Virus record (IMG/VR): IMGVR_UViG_3300037067_013150
Location: 1-64,000 of that record
From: a virus
Lineage: Duplodnaviria > Caudoviricetes
Length of the DNA stretch: 64,000 nucleotides
Reading direction: 5' to 3' (one strand)
The notes under the pieces were generated by a model that worked only from the letters and a program-made list of their open reading frames with translations, searched no databases and was not told the origin of the DNA. The position numbers were made by a program, and so were the translations under genes. Below are positions 9,913 through 19,523 of this stretch, piece after piece (the first letter of the stretch is position 1; each line of letters begins with the position of its first letter).

Positions 9913-10137
9913 TTAAAATATAATATACATTATTAATATAAACATTAATATAATTATTATTACTATAGCTGGAATAGCAGATACAAATCCATTCATAAAA
10001 GCCATTCCATTCTTTGCTAGACCTTGTTTCAATTCATGAACATAATCAGGTGATTCATCTTTAGATCCTTCTTCTAGAAAAATCTTTTTATATGTATTAT
10101 TAAATGTTTCTTCTAGACAAGCTTTTTTATTATACAT
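9913..10137 (-). CDS. Hypothetical membrane protein
   Basis: C-terminal TM helix. Confidence 0.75.
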   Translation of the reverse strand: MYNKKACLEETFNNTYKKIFLEEGSKDESPDYVHELKQGLAKNGMAFMNGFVSAIPAIVIIIILMFILIMYIIF

Positions 10138-10394
10138 TATACCTCCATTAATTTTAATAATAATATTAAACTTTTAATTCTTTTATCTCTTCTTATCTTC
10201 CATGTATATAAATTTAATACTTTTTTATATGCATATATATCTCCAAATGAAGATCCCATACCATAACTAAAATCAAAAGGTGATGTATCTGCTTCTACCC
10301 TATTAGAACCTATATAATTTAATTCTTTAAATTTATCTATTATATTATAAAATTTATTTGTATTAATATTAAATACATATTGTTTATTTAACAT
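10137..10394 (-). CDS. Hypothetical protein
   Basis: Packed co-directional ORF. Confidence 0.7.
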   Translation of the reverse strand: MLNKQYVFNINTNKFYNIIDKFKELNYIGSNRVEADTSPFDFSYGMGSSFGDIYAYKKVLNLYTWKIRRDKRIKSLILLLKLMEV

Positions 10395-10398
10395 AATA

Positions 10399-10713
10399 TT
10401 ATTCCTTAAGTAATAAAGTAAGTGCTTTACCAGAACTAATTTCTTTAATTTTAAAAGTAGAAGAATTAAATATAATCTTTTCTTTACCTAAATAAAAACA
10501 TCTAATAGAAAATATTTGTAAATCGTCTGTTCCCCATAATAATAATTCACTTTTTTTTAAGTACCATTGAAGAGATTCCCCTACATTATTTACTAATACA
10601 TGATCTGATTCTTGTACTTCAATTAAATAATATTTATTAATAGTTGTTTTTAATAAACAAGATTTATTATCTACTACTGATATATTATTAATTATAGCTA
10701 TTAATTTATTCAT
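10399..10713 (-). CDS. Hypothetical protein
   Basis: Packed co-directional ORF. Confidence 0.75.
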   Translation of the reverse strand: MNKLIAIINNISVVDNKSCLLKTTINKYYLIEVQESDHVLVNNVGESLQWYLKKSELLLWGTDDLQIFSIRCFYLGKEKIIFNSSTFKIKEISSGKALTLLLKE

Positions 10714-11045
10714 ATATTTTGTACCATAAGAGATAATACTTCAGCTTTTTTTATATATCTTACTTTAATATTAATATTAACATTATTAGGTAAATTATCT
10801 ACTAACATATAATGGTTTAAATAATTACGTGATATTTTATAATATCCACCTATAAAACCATATTGTATTATTTTATTAAAAAAAGGATTACTTGGTGTAG
10901 ATTTAATTAAATAATATTTATTTTTCATAGGTCCACTATTTCTAAATATAAGATAATCATTTCCCTTATAGTATAAAACTATATTCCATGTTTTTTGTTG
11001 TAAAACTCTTAAAGCCATAATATCACCATTTAAAATATATGTCAA
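10710..11045 (-). CDS. Hypothetical protein
   Basis: Packed co-directional ORF. Confidence 0.7.
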   Translation of the reverse strand: MTYILNGDIMALRVLQQKTWNIVLYYKGNDYLIFRNSGPMKNKYYLIKSTPSNPFFNKIIQYGFIGGYYKISRNYLNHYMLVDNLPNNVNINIKVRYIKKAEVLSLMVQNI

Positions 11046-11056
11046 TTAAATTTTAA

Positions 11057-11287
11057 TTATTTTTTAATTTCTGGTTTAATATAAAGTTCATAAAAGAATT
11101 CATTTGCTTGATCATAACTAACTTTAAAACCAATTTTCTTTTCAAGAATTTTCCAACGTTTATTTATAAAAGAAACTTTTTGTTTAATTTGTGTACGAGT
11201 ACATTCACCATCACAAGAAAGATTTTCTGGTGATAGTTCACCAATTAAAGAACAAAATTGTTCTTTAATATCTTTAGTTACTTTCAT
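11057..11287 (-). CDS. Hypothetical phage protein (LSPENLSCDGE motif)
   Basis: Start moved to MKVTKD after GGAG. Confidence 0.75.
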   Translation of the reverse strand: MKVTKDIKEQFCSLIGELSPENLSCDGECTRTQIKQKVSFINKRWKILEKKIGFKVSYDQANEFFYELYIKPEIKK

Positions 11288-11588
11288 TTTTTGTTCTCCA
11301 AGATAATTTTTCATCTGATTTCTTTATATATTCTTCTCTTTCAATATCCATTTCATGGTGTTCTCTTGTTTTTCTAAAATCGCTTACCCATATAATAAAA
11401 AGAGTTCCTTCTTCAGAAAAAGATTCACCACTTCCTACATTAGGATTTTTTTCCATAATCTGTTCAGAAAGAGAGTTAATCAGCTTCACAGCCTCTTCTT
11501 CAGTTACATTAACTGAAATAAGACCATCTTTTAATTTAATGGGTTGTGACCGCTTATTTCTACTCTTATTTATAATGGTTATATTCAT
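11274..11588 (-). CDS. Hypothetical protein
   Basis: Packed co-directional ORF. Confidence 0.75.
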   Translation of the reverse strand: MNITIINKSRNKRSQPIKLKDGLISVNVTEEEAVKLINSLSEQIMEKNPNVGSGESFSEEGTLFIIWVSDFRKTREHHEMDIEREEYIKKSDEKLSWRTKNESN

Positions 11589-11603
11589 ATTTTTTCTCCT
11601 CTT

Positions 11604-12335
11604 TTATTTCTTTACTTCCTTAATACGTTTAGTAGCTATAGCACAATACTCTTTAGAGATTTCACTACCAATGTAATTCCTACCTGTCTTCTTACTGACT
11701 GTAGCAGTTGTTCCACTCCCAGTAAAAGGATCATATATAAGATCCCCCTCATTAGAAAACATAGTTATAACTCTATTAGCAAGCTCTTCAGGAAAGATAG
11801 CACTATGCTTTTCGGTTACTTGCCTTCCCCTATTGATTTGCCATACATCATTTAGACATCCACGTTCAAAGTTATACTTCTTAAATTGTCTGCTAATAGC
11901 TCCATCCTTTTCTAAAACAATAACAAGTTCACTTTGTCTATTAAGGACACCTGCTTTCATAGCAGGTTGTCCATAACCCTTATCCCATATAACAATATCT
12001 TTAATATAATCAGAAAAGTCTCCAATCATTTTAAAGAAAGCACGTTTACTACCTGTTACAATTTGTATATTATAAAATACAATTTTACTAACACGAATCA
12101 ATTCAGATAATATTTGACTATGTAGTTTATAGAATTCTTCTATTGGAAGATTATCATCAAAACCTACATATTTTGTACTAAATTCCTTTACAATCTGTCT
12201 GGAACAATACTTACCATTTCTAATTCTTAAATTCATATTATAAGGTGGACTAGTAAGAGTAAGATCAACAAAGTTATCTGGCATCTTTTTCATAGTATCC
12301 AAACAGCTTTCATTATATATCTTATTAATTTTCAT
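11604..12335 (-). CDS. Beta-class N4-C/N6-A DNA methyltransferase
   Basis: TSPPY (motif IV) before DPFTGSGTT (motif I); start MKINKI with TAATG overlap. Confidence 0.92.
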   Translation of the reverse strand: MKINKIYNESCLDTMKKMPDNFVDLTLTSPPYNMNLRIRNGKYCSRQIVKEFSTKYVGFDDNLPIEEFYKLHSQILSELIRVSKIVFYNIQIVTGSKRAFFKMIGDFSDYIKDIVIWDKGYGQPAMKAGVLNRQSELVIVLEKDGAISRQFKKYNFERGCLNDVWQINRGRQVTEKHSAIFPEELANRVITMFSNEGDLIYDPFTGSGTTATVSKKTGRNYIGSEISKEYCAIATKRIKEVKK

Positions 12336-12484
12336 TATTCCTCCCAAGATTCAAACTCATAGTTCTCAACAAGTATTTCATTTCCATACCAATTAAGAGA
12401 AAATTCTTCTTTAAATTGTTTCATTTCTTCTTCATCTTTTACTCTAACTTCTGCAGTTACTGTAACTTTAATAACAATAGACAT
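12335..12484 (-). CDS. Small acidic protein (49 aa, not in track)
   Basis: MSIVIKVTVTAEVRVKDEEEMK...; fills the gap exactly, stop overlaps the MTase start. Confidence 0.7.
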   Translation of the reverse strand: MSIVIKVTVTAEVRVKDEEEMKQFKEEFSLNWYGNEILVENYEFESWEE

Positions 12485-12694
12485 TTAATCTTCCTCCTTA
12501 TCTTCATCTTTCTCGATAATAATACGCTTTTCTTCACGAACAGTATAACCTCTTTTTTCTAGTTTATTAAGAATAAATTCATATTTTGCTATATCGCTAG
12601 CAGAATAACAATCAAATATAAAAATTGAGTTATATAAAGATTCGGCATTTTTTATTAGTATTTCATCTGATCTATTAGTCATATAGTTCCTCAA
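12485..12694 (-). CDS. Hypothetical protein
   Basis: Packed co-directional ORF. Confidence 0.7.
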   Translation of the reverse strand: MRNYMTNRSDEILIKNAESLYNSIFIFDCYSASDIAKYEFILNKLEKRGYTVREEKRIIIEKDEDKEED

Positions 12695-12845
12695 TTGTTT
12701 TCATAAGATCATCCATAGTTTGTTCTTTTTCCATATCAAATAGCATTGCTAAAAGAGAGGATGCTTTAAATGCATCTAGTATTTTAGTTGTAATAGCACT
12801 ACTCATAATAGTTAGTGACCAAGCATAAGTAATCTTTTTATCCAT
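12675..12845 (-). CDS. Hypothetical protein
   Basis: Start moved to MDKKIT after GGAGG. Confidence 0.65.
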   Translation of the reverse strand: MDKKITYAWSLTIMSSAITTKILDAFKASSLLAMLFDMEKEQTMDDLMKTIEELYD

Positions 12846-13233
12846 TTTTTTCCTCCATTTTAAGATAAAGTTTAATAATTTCAGGCGTAAATTTATATTC
12901 TTTACCATCAGATGCTGAACAGATAATAGGCATTTTTCTTTTTCGGGGATCGATTCTGGCTATTGTAAAGGTTTTATTACCTTTCTTAAATGATTTACCA
13001 TAATCTTCATTATTCAATCCAAATAGAATAGCATATTGATTAAAATGTTCTCTAAAATTTTCTTTAATCTTATTCTCTATAACAGCTTCAAGTTTAGTAC
13101 TAAAGTTATAAGTATTATAACTAATATTATTAATAGAAAATTTAATACCAGTTTCTTTCCTCAACTCTTCCAACTTTTTATTTAAAATTTCCCTTATAGT
13201 CAAAAGATTTGTTTTATCAAATTTAGTAAACAT
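12838..13233 (-). CDS. Hypothetical protein
   Basis: Start moved to MFTKFD after GGAG. Confidence 0.8.
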   Translation of the reverse strand: MFTKFDKTNLLTIREILNKKLEELRKETGIKFSINNISYNTYNFSTKLEAVIENKIKENFREHFNQYAILFGLNNEDYGKSFKKGNKTFTIARIDPRKRKMPIICSASDGKEYKFTPEIIKLYLKMEEKNG

Positions 13234-13237
13234 AGTT

Positions 13238-13648
13238 TTATTTCTCCTTATTTTTAATATAAACATCTATAAGATCTTTAAGTGGTTCTTCCATATACGT
13301 CTTAACTACTCTAGGAACTATATTAGCATATTTTTCAGGTACATAAATAGTAACTCCTTTATAATGATTTATTTTATTATTAATTATATCTATGTAACCC
13401 ATATTTTCATCATCATATTCACCCTTATAGTGAATAGTTCCATTAAGATTATATCCATATCTTTTAAAGAAAGGGACAATTTCATTAATTAAATCTATTA
13501 CATCTGTTCTTGTTTCAAATCCAAAATCTAATGTAGTATATTCCATAGTGAAGATATCTTGATCTATCTTATCAAATAATTTTTTAAATTGTTCAGTTGG
13601 TTGGGGGGATATTAATAATCCATCTCCCTCTAATATACAATATCCCAT
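13238..13648 (-). CDS. Hypothetical protein
   Basis: Start moved to MGYCIL after GAGGAG. Confidence 0.75.
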   Translation of the reverse strand: MGYCILEGDGLLISPQPTEQFKKLFDKIDQDIFTMEYTTLDFGFETRTDVIDLINEIVPFFKRYGYNLNGTIHYKGEYDDENMGYIDIINNKINHYKGVTIYVPEKYANIVPRVVKTYMEEPLKDLIDVYIKNKEK

Positions 13649-13981
13649 ATTATTTCTCCTCATCTATATTAAATAAATTTAATTTAATACCATTAATAAA
13701 TTTCTCTTTTTCATACCAAGTAATAGCTGTAAACATTCTTTCATCAATCTTTGATTTTCTAGTTTGCATATTAATTAATATAGTCATTTTATCAAATGTG
13801 AATATATATTCAGTCACAAATCCTCCTTAATCTTTTATTGCTGAAATAATAAATCCAGCGGCAATATAAATATTTGCAATAATCATATATGAATCTTTTT
13901 GCTCAAAACAAATATAACATATTAGCCACGTAATAAACATTAAAAAACAACATACAAATGAATATATTTTATTAGATTTCA

Positions 13982-14623
13982 TTATATATTCTCCTTCTTT
14001 TCTCTCTTCAAAAGTTCAGTAATATTTTCAGGACCGTCTAGTTTATAACAACTTTGACAAGAAATACAACTCCTACCACCACAATTAATTTCAATATTAT
14101 TTTCCTTTACAAACTTACGAGAGTATACTGTGAATACTTTATCAAATCCAATTGGTTTAATTGGATCTAATACATCAACTCTAGGAGTTGAATAGATAGT
14201 AATAAGATTTTCTGGTTTAACATCTTTAATATGTTTAATAATATCAGCTCTTTTACTCCACAATGCAAACATCTTTTCAGGAGCTGCTTTAGCTATATTA
14301 ACATAGTTATAAGCATGAGTCAAATTCAACAGTTCTCCAAAGGCATGAAATCTTACTATATTAAACTTCTTCAATTTCTTTATTACCTTACCAATTTGTT
14401 CTTCATTTAACATACGTTTAGATAATATATCTCCATTCTTTTTATATGAAGGAATGAATTTACCTCCATGACTATAGAAAGCTTCTAGTTGAAAGGCATA
14501 GCATTTCTTACAAATAGTATCTGTTTTAGCTGCTTTAATACAAAAAGGATTCTTCATAGTAGATGTATTAATAGATACCATACCTTCCATTTTCTTCGTG
14601 TGTTTATCAGTTATAAATAACAT
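13982..14623 (-). CDS. Gp88-like phage protein
   Basis: C-x8-CKKCYA and VRFHAFGE pattern, C-terminal CxxCxxC cluster; family recalled from motif only. Confidence 0.6.
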   Translation of the reverse strand: MLFITDKHTKKMEGMVSINTSTMKNPFCIKAAKTDTICKKCYAFQLEAFYSHGGKFIPSYKKNGDILSKRMLNEEQIGKVIKKLKKFNIVRFHAFGELLNLTHAYNYVNIAKAAPEKMFALWSKRADIIKHIKDVKPENLITIYSTPRVDVLDPIKPIGFDKVFTVYSRKFVKENNIEINCGGRSCISCQSCYKLDGPENITELLKREKKENI

Positions 14624-14634
14624 ATTATTCCTCC

Positions 14635-16710
14635 TTAATTTACCGGTTTAATTATGATATAGTCCCAATACCCTATATCATTTAATAGTTTAGATAATCT
14701 TTCTCTTAAATCTTTACGAAGAGCTTTATAATCTATCTCTTCTTTCTTCATTAATTCAATTACTTTTTCTATAGTAGTATCAAGACAGGGTTCATCTTTA
14801 TACTTCTCTAATAGATCTTTAACAGCTTTTGTTTGTTCTGGTGTACCAAATATTATTTCTTTCATTGTATCTGTAAATCCTATTAATCCTTTTGTATAAT
14901 TATGTGCTATTTCATTTACTAAATTCCATATAATAAGATAGGATAATATTAACTGATTTTCTTTAATTGTAAAATCTGTAGGCATATGTACATATGCACC
15001 ATTGAAATAGAATGGATTATTTAATCCCATACCATTAATACCAACTGCTGTACTCCACAATCCATATATCAGTTCACTAGGAAAATTACTAAATGATATA
15101 TCTTTTTTAACATTATCCTTGTTAACTTTTGAACCTCCAGATGTGGGTGAAATATGAAAAATGGGTGGTTGTGATACATTAAATGTTTCTCTATGTGCTA
15201 TTGTTAAATCACCTAAATTTCCATCTCTTTCATCATATTTCCATCCATCTTTTAAATGAAATCCTTCTTTCAATTTTATTTCTTTATCATTATAATTAAA
15301 TTTTAAATTAATATGTTTTGTATTACCACAAAATTTCCATATTGTTAATACAATAGGTTTTTCTTTATTAACAGAATTAAATTCATCACCTTTGATTATT
15401 TCACCCTCTAAAAATGTAAAATTATCAAGAAGTTCTTTTAATACTTTATTATATCTTTTACGTCCACACATAATATCAAATGGACTAAAAAAGGCTAAAT
15501 AGCCTTTTCCTAATTTTTTAATTAATTCTATCTGCTGACCTATTGCAGGAAGAACCAAATCACCTTTACCATACTTAAGTAATTCATCACGATATTTAAT
15601 TTCTATTTTTCGTGATTCGCCTTTTTTAAGATCCCCATCTGAAAATCTTGTTGTTGCAGAAGTACCAAAAGGAGGATTAGAATAAACCAATAAATTATCA
15701 GAAGGTTCGATTTCCCATCTCTTAATCAATTCTTCTGCACTATAATCCATAACATCAATAGTATCAAATTTTATATCCTGTCCTTCAAAAGATAATTTAG
15801 CTACTTCAATATCTTCTTTAGATATATCATTAGCTATCATTTTAGTTCCTATAAAAGGAAGAAGTAAAGAACCTGTACCTGCATAAGGTTCTACTATTAG
15901 AGAAGGTTCTACATATTTTCTTATAATATCTGCTACTTTATCTGATAGTTTAGGTTGGGTATAGAATTTACCCAGTTTTCTTCTGTCACCTATTTTTTGA
16001 TATTCATCCAGATGAGCAGATAAATTAGTTAAGTCATGAGGAGTTATTCTTAATGCCTTAACAAAGGATTCATCAACTGGTTTAATAGGTTTAGATTTTA
16101 CTATGCTTCCATCAATATTATCCTGAATACCCCCCTTTTTAAGAACACTTATATCTCCTTTATTATTATATACATCAGATATTTTAGATATCAATTCTCT
16201 TATTTCAATATCATATTTTTCTAGTCGAGACATAATATAAAATATATTAGTAGGAGATATAAATATATATGGAACTTCAAAATCTAAAGGAGTATCATAA
16301 TGATTTATATGAATAGGCTGTCCTAATATTTGTAGAGCTTCTGCATTAAAACTTTTTGGAACCATAGAAGGAGCTAACTTTCCTGTTGAATCTATTTTCT
16401 GATAGAAAGCTTTTAATATCATCCAATTAGGTACTTTATAAAAACTTATCTCATTTGGAGTAGCCAATCCAAACATTTGAGGAATGAAGTTAAGTTCACT
16501 TCCATTACCATATTCTCTTACTGCTCCATATAACAATTGAGCAGCAGCAAATTCATCTTTAACTTTAACTTCTATATAAATATTATAGAAATCATCTAGT
16601 ACATCACAAAAGAAACTAGATGAACCTATTCTAAATGTATACTTATCATTAGATATTTTTCTAGCTATCTTTCTTTGTAAGTCTCTTTCATCATCATAAT
16701 TTATTTTCAT
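14635..16710 (-). CDS. Gamma-class N6-adenine methyltransferase with N-terminal nuclease-like domain (Type IIG-like RM)
   Basis: GKFYTQP, VEPYAGTGSLL (motif I), NPPF (motif IV); N-terminal D-x8-EVK and AQLLY. Confidence 0.75.
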   Translation of the reverse strand: MKINYDDERDLQRKIARKISNDKYTFRIGSSSFFCDVLDDFYNIYIEVKVKDEFAAAQLLYGAVREYGNGSELNFIPQMFGLATPNEISFYKVPNWMILKAFYQKIDSTGKLAPSMVPKSFNAEALQILGQPIHINHYDTPLDFEVPYIFISPTNIFYIMSRLEKYDIEIRELISKISDVYNNKGDISVLKKGGIQDNIDGSIVKSKPIKPVDESFVKALRITPHDLTNLSAHLDEYQKIGDRRKLGKFYTQPKLSDKVADIIRKYVEPSLIVEPYAGTGSLLLPFIGTKMIANDISKEDIEVAKLSFEGQDIKFDTIDVMDYSAEELIKRWEIEPSDNLLVYSNPPFGTSATTRFSDGDLKKGESRKIEIKYRDELLKYGKGDLVLPAIGQQIELIKKLGKGYLAFFSPFDIMCGRKRYNKVLKELLDNFTFLEGEIIKGDEFNSVNKEKPIVLTIWKFCGNTKHINLKFNYNDKEIKLKEGFHLKDGWKYDERDGNLGDLTIAHRETFNVSQPPIFHISPTSGGSKVNKDNVKKDISFSNFPSELIYGLWSTAVGINGMGLNNPFYFNGAYVHMPTDFTIKENQLILSYLIIWNLVNEIAHNYTKGLIGFTDTMKEIIFGTPEQTKAVKDLLEKYKDEPCLDTTIEKVIELMKKEEIDYKALRKDLRERLSKLLNDIGYWDYIIIKPVN

Positions 16711-16907
16711 TATTCCTCCATTAGATATTTAAATTTATTAAATAGTTTATCTGGTAAATAACTTACCAAATTAAATATAGGTACAAACTTTAACATCTCT
16801 TCTATTGAATCAACATCTCCACCTTCAATATCATATTGAATTTGTTTAAGTACAACATCTATTAATTCTTGATGATCGGGTCTATTTATAATATCAATTT
16901 CTTTCAT
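16710..16907 (-). CDS. Hypothetical protein
   Basis: Packed co-directional ORF. Confidence 0.75.
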   Translation of the reverse strand: MKEIDIINRPDHQELIDVVLKQIQYDIEGGDVDSIEEMLKFVPIFNLVSYLPDKLFNKFKYLMEE

Positions 16908-16942
16908 ATTTCCTCCTTAATTTTATTAATAATTAATATAAT

Positions 16943-17167
16943 TTATAATACTTTTGATTCATACCAATGAATTTCATAATCAGAATCCCAAGTATATTCG
17001 TCATAATATTCATGATGTTCTATTTTTTTATCAACCATTTTAAGATATTTTATTCCTTGATCTTTAAATTGTTTTTTAATAAAATTTCTTGCTTTTCTTT
17101 CTGTTGAAAATATAATAGGATCTTCAACAATTCCTTGAAATGTATATAAAATAACTTGTACTTTCAT
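16943..17167 (-). CDS. Hypothetical protein
   Basis: GGAGG upstream. Confidence 0.75.
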   Translation of the reverse strand: MKVQVILYTFQGIVEDPIIFSTERKARNFIKKQFKDQGIKYLKMVDKKIEHHEYYDEYTWDSDYEIHWYESKVL

Positions 17168-17234
17168 ATTTCCTCCTTAATTTTAAAACTCAAAAAGATC
17201 CTGCATATAAATGCAGGATTAATTTCAGTCTTAA

Positions 17235-17441
17235 TTATCGCCATCCGAAATGATTACCTTCAGAATCTACTCCAAACATACAACCAGGTCCATTCCCTTC
17301 TGAATCTTGTGATGGATATATAATAGTACCATCTACAAGTTCTATTACTATGGGTCGAGTCCCTGTCCAATACTCTTTCCTCATCTCTTTAGCAGTCATA
17401 GGACGAATAGCTTTAATTTCTTTACAGCTCATTTTTATCAT
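17235..17441 (-). CDS. Hypothetical phage protein (SQDSEGNGPG motif)
   Basis: Packed co-directional ORF. Confidence 0.75.
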   Translation of the reverse strand: MIKMSCKEIKAIRPMTAKEMRKEYWTGTRPIVIELVDGTIIYPSQDSEGNGPGCMFGVDSEGNHFGWR

Positions 17442-17776
17442 TAGTCTTTTACCTCCTTATCATTACTAAAAAACATAAAGAATTTATTACCATCTGTATG
17501 AGTATCAACCATAATCATTGTATATTTATCACCACGATAGATATGTTTCTTATAAAACCTTTGAGTATAAATTTGAAATGAATAACAGTGACCATCTTCT
17601 TCATTAATAGTTATATCTTCTATTTCGTCACCACATACTACTTCCTTATTATTCTTAATTTTCCAAAACATATCTATATGTTGAAAATCTGGTGCTAATA
17701 CAACCCAATCCTCCACAAAACCAACATGATCATATAAATCTTGTAAAGCTCTTTTATAATTATTAATTATACTCAT
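17441..17776 (-). CDS. Hypothetical protein
   Basis: GGAG upstream. Confidence 0.8.
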   Translation of the reverse strand: MSIINNYKRALQDLYDHVGFVEDWVVLAPDFQHIDMFWKIKNNKEVVCGDEIEDITINEEDGHCYSFQIYTQRFYKKHIYRGDKYTMIMVDTHTDGNKFFMFFSNDKEVKD

Positions 17777-17788
17777 TATAAATATCTC

Positions 17789-18802
17789 CTATATATGACA
17801 ATCTACGACAGTAATAAGTGTATCATCATCTACACTATCAAGAAGATCTGCTTGTTGCTTAAACCATTCTTTCTCATCAACTTCGTTAGTAGATATTCCC
17901 CACCAACCCATTGTACCTCTTTCATACCATTCACCATTAATAAGTACAGCATAGAAAGATACAGCAGAGTTTTTAGCATGTTCAATATATGTTTCTTTAG
18001 TACATTGATAATCCTCAAGTCGCATCCGACTTAATATTTGATAGTCTTTTTCTGAATAATTCTTTTTATTTGCTTCAATTTCCTTTTTAATCTTATTACA
18101 CTTTTTAATGGCTGGTTGATTATGATATAATTCCCTAGCTTGATTGATATCTTTTTTAACTGCTTCATCTTCCCTTACTTCTTTCCATGACCTTTTAATC
18201 TTCGGAATCTTACCACCAAAAGCTTTTTCAATAAGTTCATATTCCTTTTTAGCTCTATTACCAGCATCCTTTTTCATACCAGAAAAATCAATATCCTCTT
18301 TATAAGCTTGATCTACCCAACCCTCACGATCAGATTCACCTGAATTGGTCCAACTTTTATGACCCATACTTCCATTCTTACCCTTTTTAAGTTTGAGCGA
18401 ACCAGACCAACGACCACCTATTGAATACCAATCCCATTTAGAATTGGGATTACACATATATCCATACCTTTTCTTTACAATATTACGTTTCTCAAATCCA
18501 CAATAATCTTTCATATACTCTTCAAAGGTAGGATATAGTTCATTATATTTAACTTTAATCTTTTTAGATCCTTTAGGATATAAGATATCAGTTGAATCTT
18601 TCTTAAAACGATCATCCCACGGATCAAACAAACTTCCATCTGCAAGTTTAATCTTATCTGCCTTTTCTGTTGTATACTTCTTTAGATATTCATCTTCTAC
18701 ATCTTCAAATTCCAAGAATTCTCCTTCTGTTGTTTGCTCATTAAATGGAGCAAGTTGTTCATCTATATCATCGCCAATAATTAATACAGTAAAATGTGAA
18801 AT
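17789..18802 (-). CDS. Conserved phage protein (SHFTVL...KWDWY.IGGRW family), apparent ATT start
   Basis: Frame stays open upstream of the track start to GGAGG-8nt-ATT TCA CAT TTT ACT GTA (xSHFTVLIIGDDIDEQLAPF). Confidence 0.75.
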   Translation of the reverse strand: MSHFTVLIIGDDIDEQLAPFNEQTTEGEFLEFEDVEDEYLKKYTTEKADKIKLADGSLFDPWDDRFKKDSTDILYPKGSKKIKVKYNELYPTFEEYMKDYCGFEKRNIVKKRYGYMCNPNSKWDWYSIGGRWSGSLKLKKGKNGSMGHKSWTNSGESDREGWVDQAYKEDIDFSGMKKDAGNRAKKEYELIEKAFGGKIPKIKRSWKEVREDEAVKKDINQARELYHNQPAIKKCNKIKKEIEANKKNYSEKDYQILSRMRLEDYQCTKETYIEHAKNSAVSFYAVLINGEWYERGTMGWWGISTNEVDEKEWFKQQADLLDSVDDDTLITVVDCHI

Positions 18803-18838
18803 TTTGGGTTCCTCCCATTAATAATTATAAATTTTTAC

Positions 18839-18867
18839 TTGACATTTTTTATACATTTTGTTATACT
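18839..18867 (+). promoter_or_regulatory. Sigma70-type promoter
   Basis: TTGACA-17-TATACT, then AGGAG and ATG 18888. Confidence 0.8.
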
Positions 18868-18887
18868 TGTATTAGGAGAATAATCTT

Positions 18888-19508
18888 ATGTACACCAGAA
18901 AATGCCCAAACTGTAATAAAATAATTAATTATACATTTAAAAGATCATTAGATAGAGCTAATAAAAGAAATGCTATTTGTAGACATTGTTTTGAAAATAA
19001 ACCACAATTATTAACTCGTTTATGTCCTCAATGTAATAAAGAAATTAAACATAAACACCATTGGGTTAGAAATAAACTTGATAAAGAACAAAGACTTTGT
19101 AAAGAATGTTCTAATAAAAATAAAACTTTATCTTTACAAAATAAATGGAGTAAAGATTTTGATTGTTGTATTCATTGTGGTACAACTATTAAAAAGCATA
19201 GAGCAGAAGGAATGTGTGACCAATGTTATAATAGATATAGTATTAAAAGAAGAATTGATATTATGTATGCTAGAGCTAAACGAAGATCTAAAGATTTTAA
19301 CAGAACTATTTGTTCTAAAAATGATTTCATAGTTCATGCATATAATAATATTAATATTATAAAAGAACTCCATTCAAATTGGATCGATTCTGGCTTCAGT
19401 AATACTATGGTTCCTTCTGTTGATAGAATTAATAATGATTTAGGATATTTTCCAAATAATATTCAGTTCATTACTAAATCAGATAATTGTAAAAAAAGAA
19501 ATCATTAA
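18888..19508 (+). CDS. Free-standing HNH-like (His-Me finger) endonuclease with Zn-finger repeats
   Basis: Several CxxC pairs; C-terminal PSVDRINNDLGYFPNNIQFITKSDNCKK; only long plus-strand gene inside the minus block. Confidence 0.75.
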   Translation: MYTRKCPNCNKIINYTFKRSLDRANKRNAICRHCFENKPQLLTRLCPQCNKEIKHKHHWVRNKLDKEQRLCKECSNKNKTLSLQNKWSKDFDCCIHCGTTIKKHRAEGMCDQCYNRYSIKRRIDIMYARAKRRSKDFNRTICSKNDFIVHAYNNINIIKELHSNWIDSGFSNTMVPSVDRINNDLGYFPNNIQFITKSDNCKKRNH

Positions 19509-19523
19509 TCTCCTTTATTTTAT

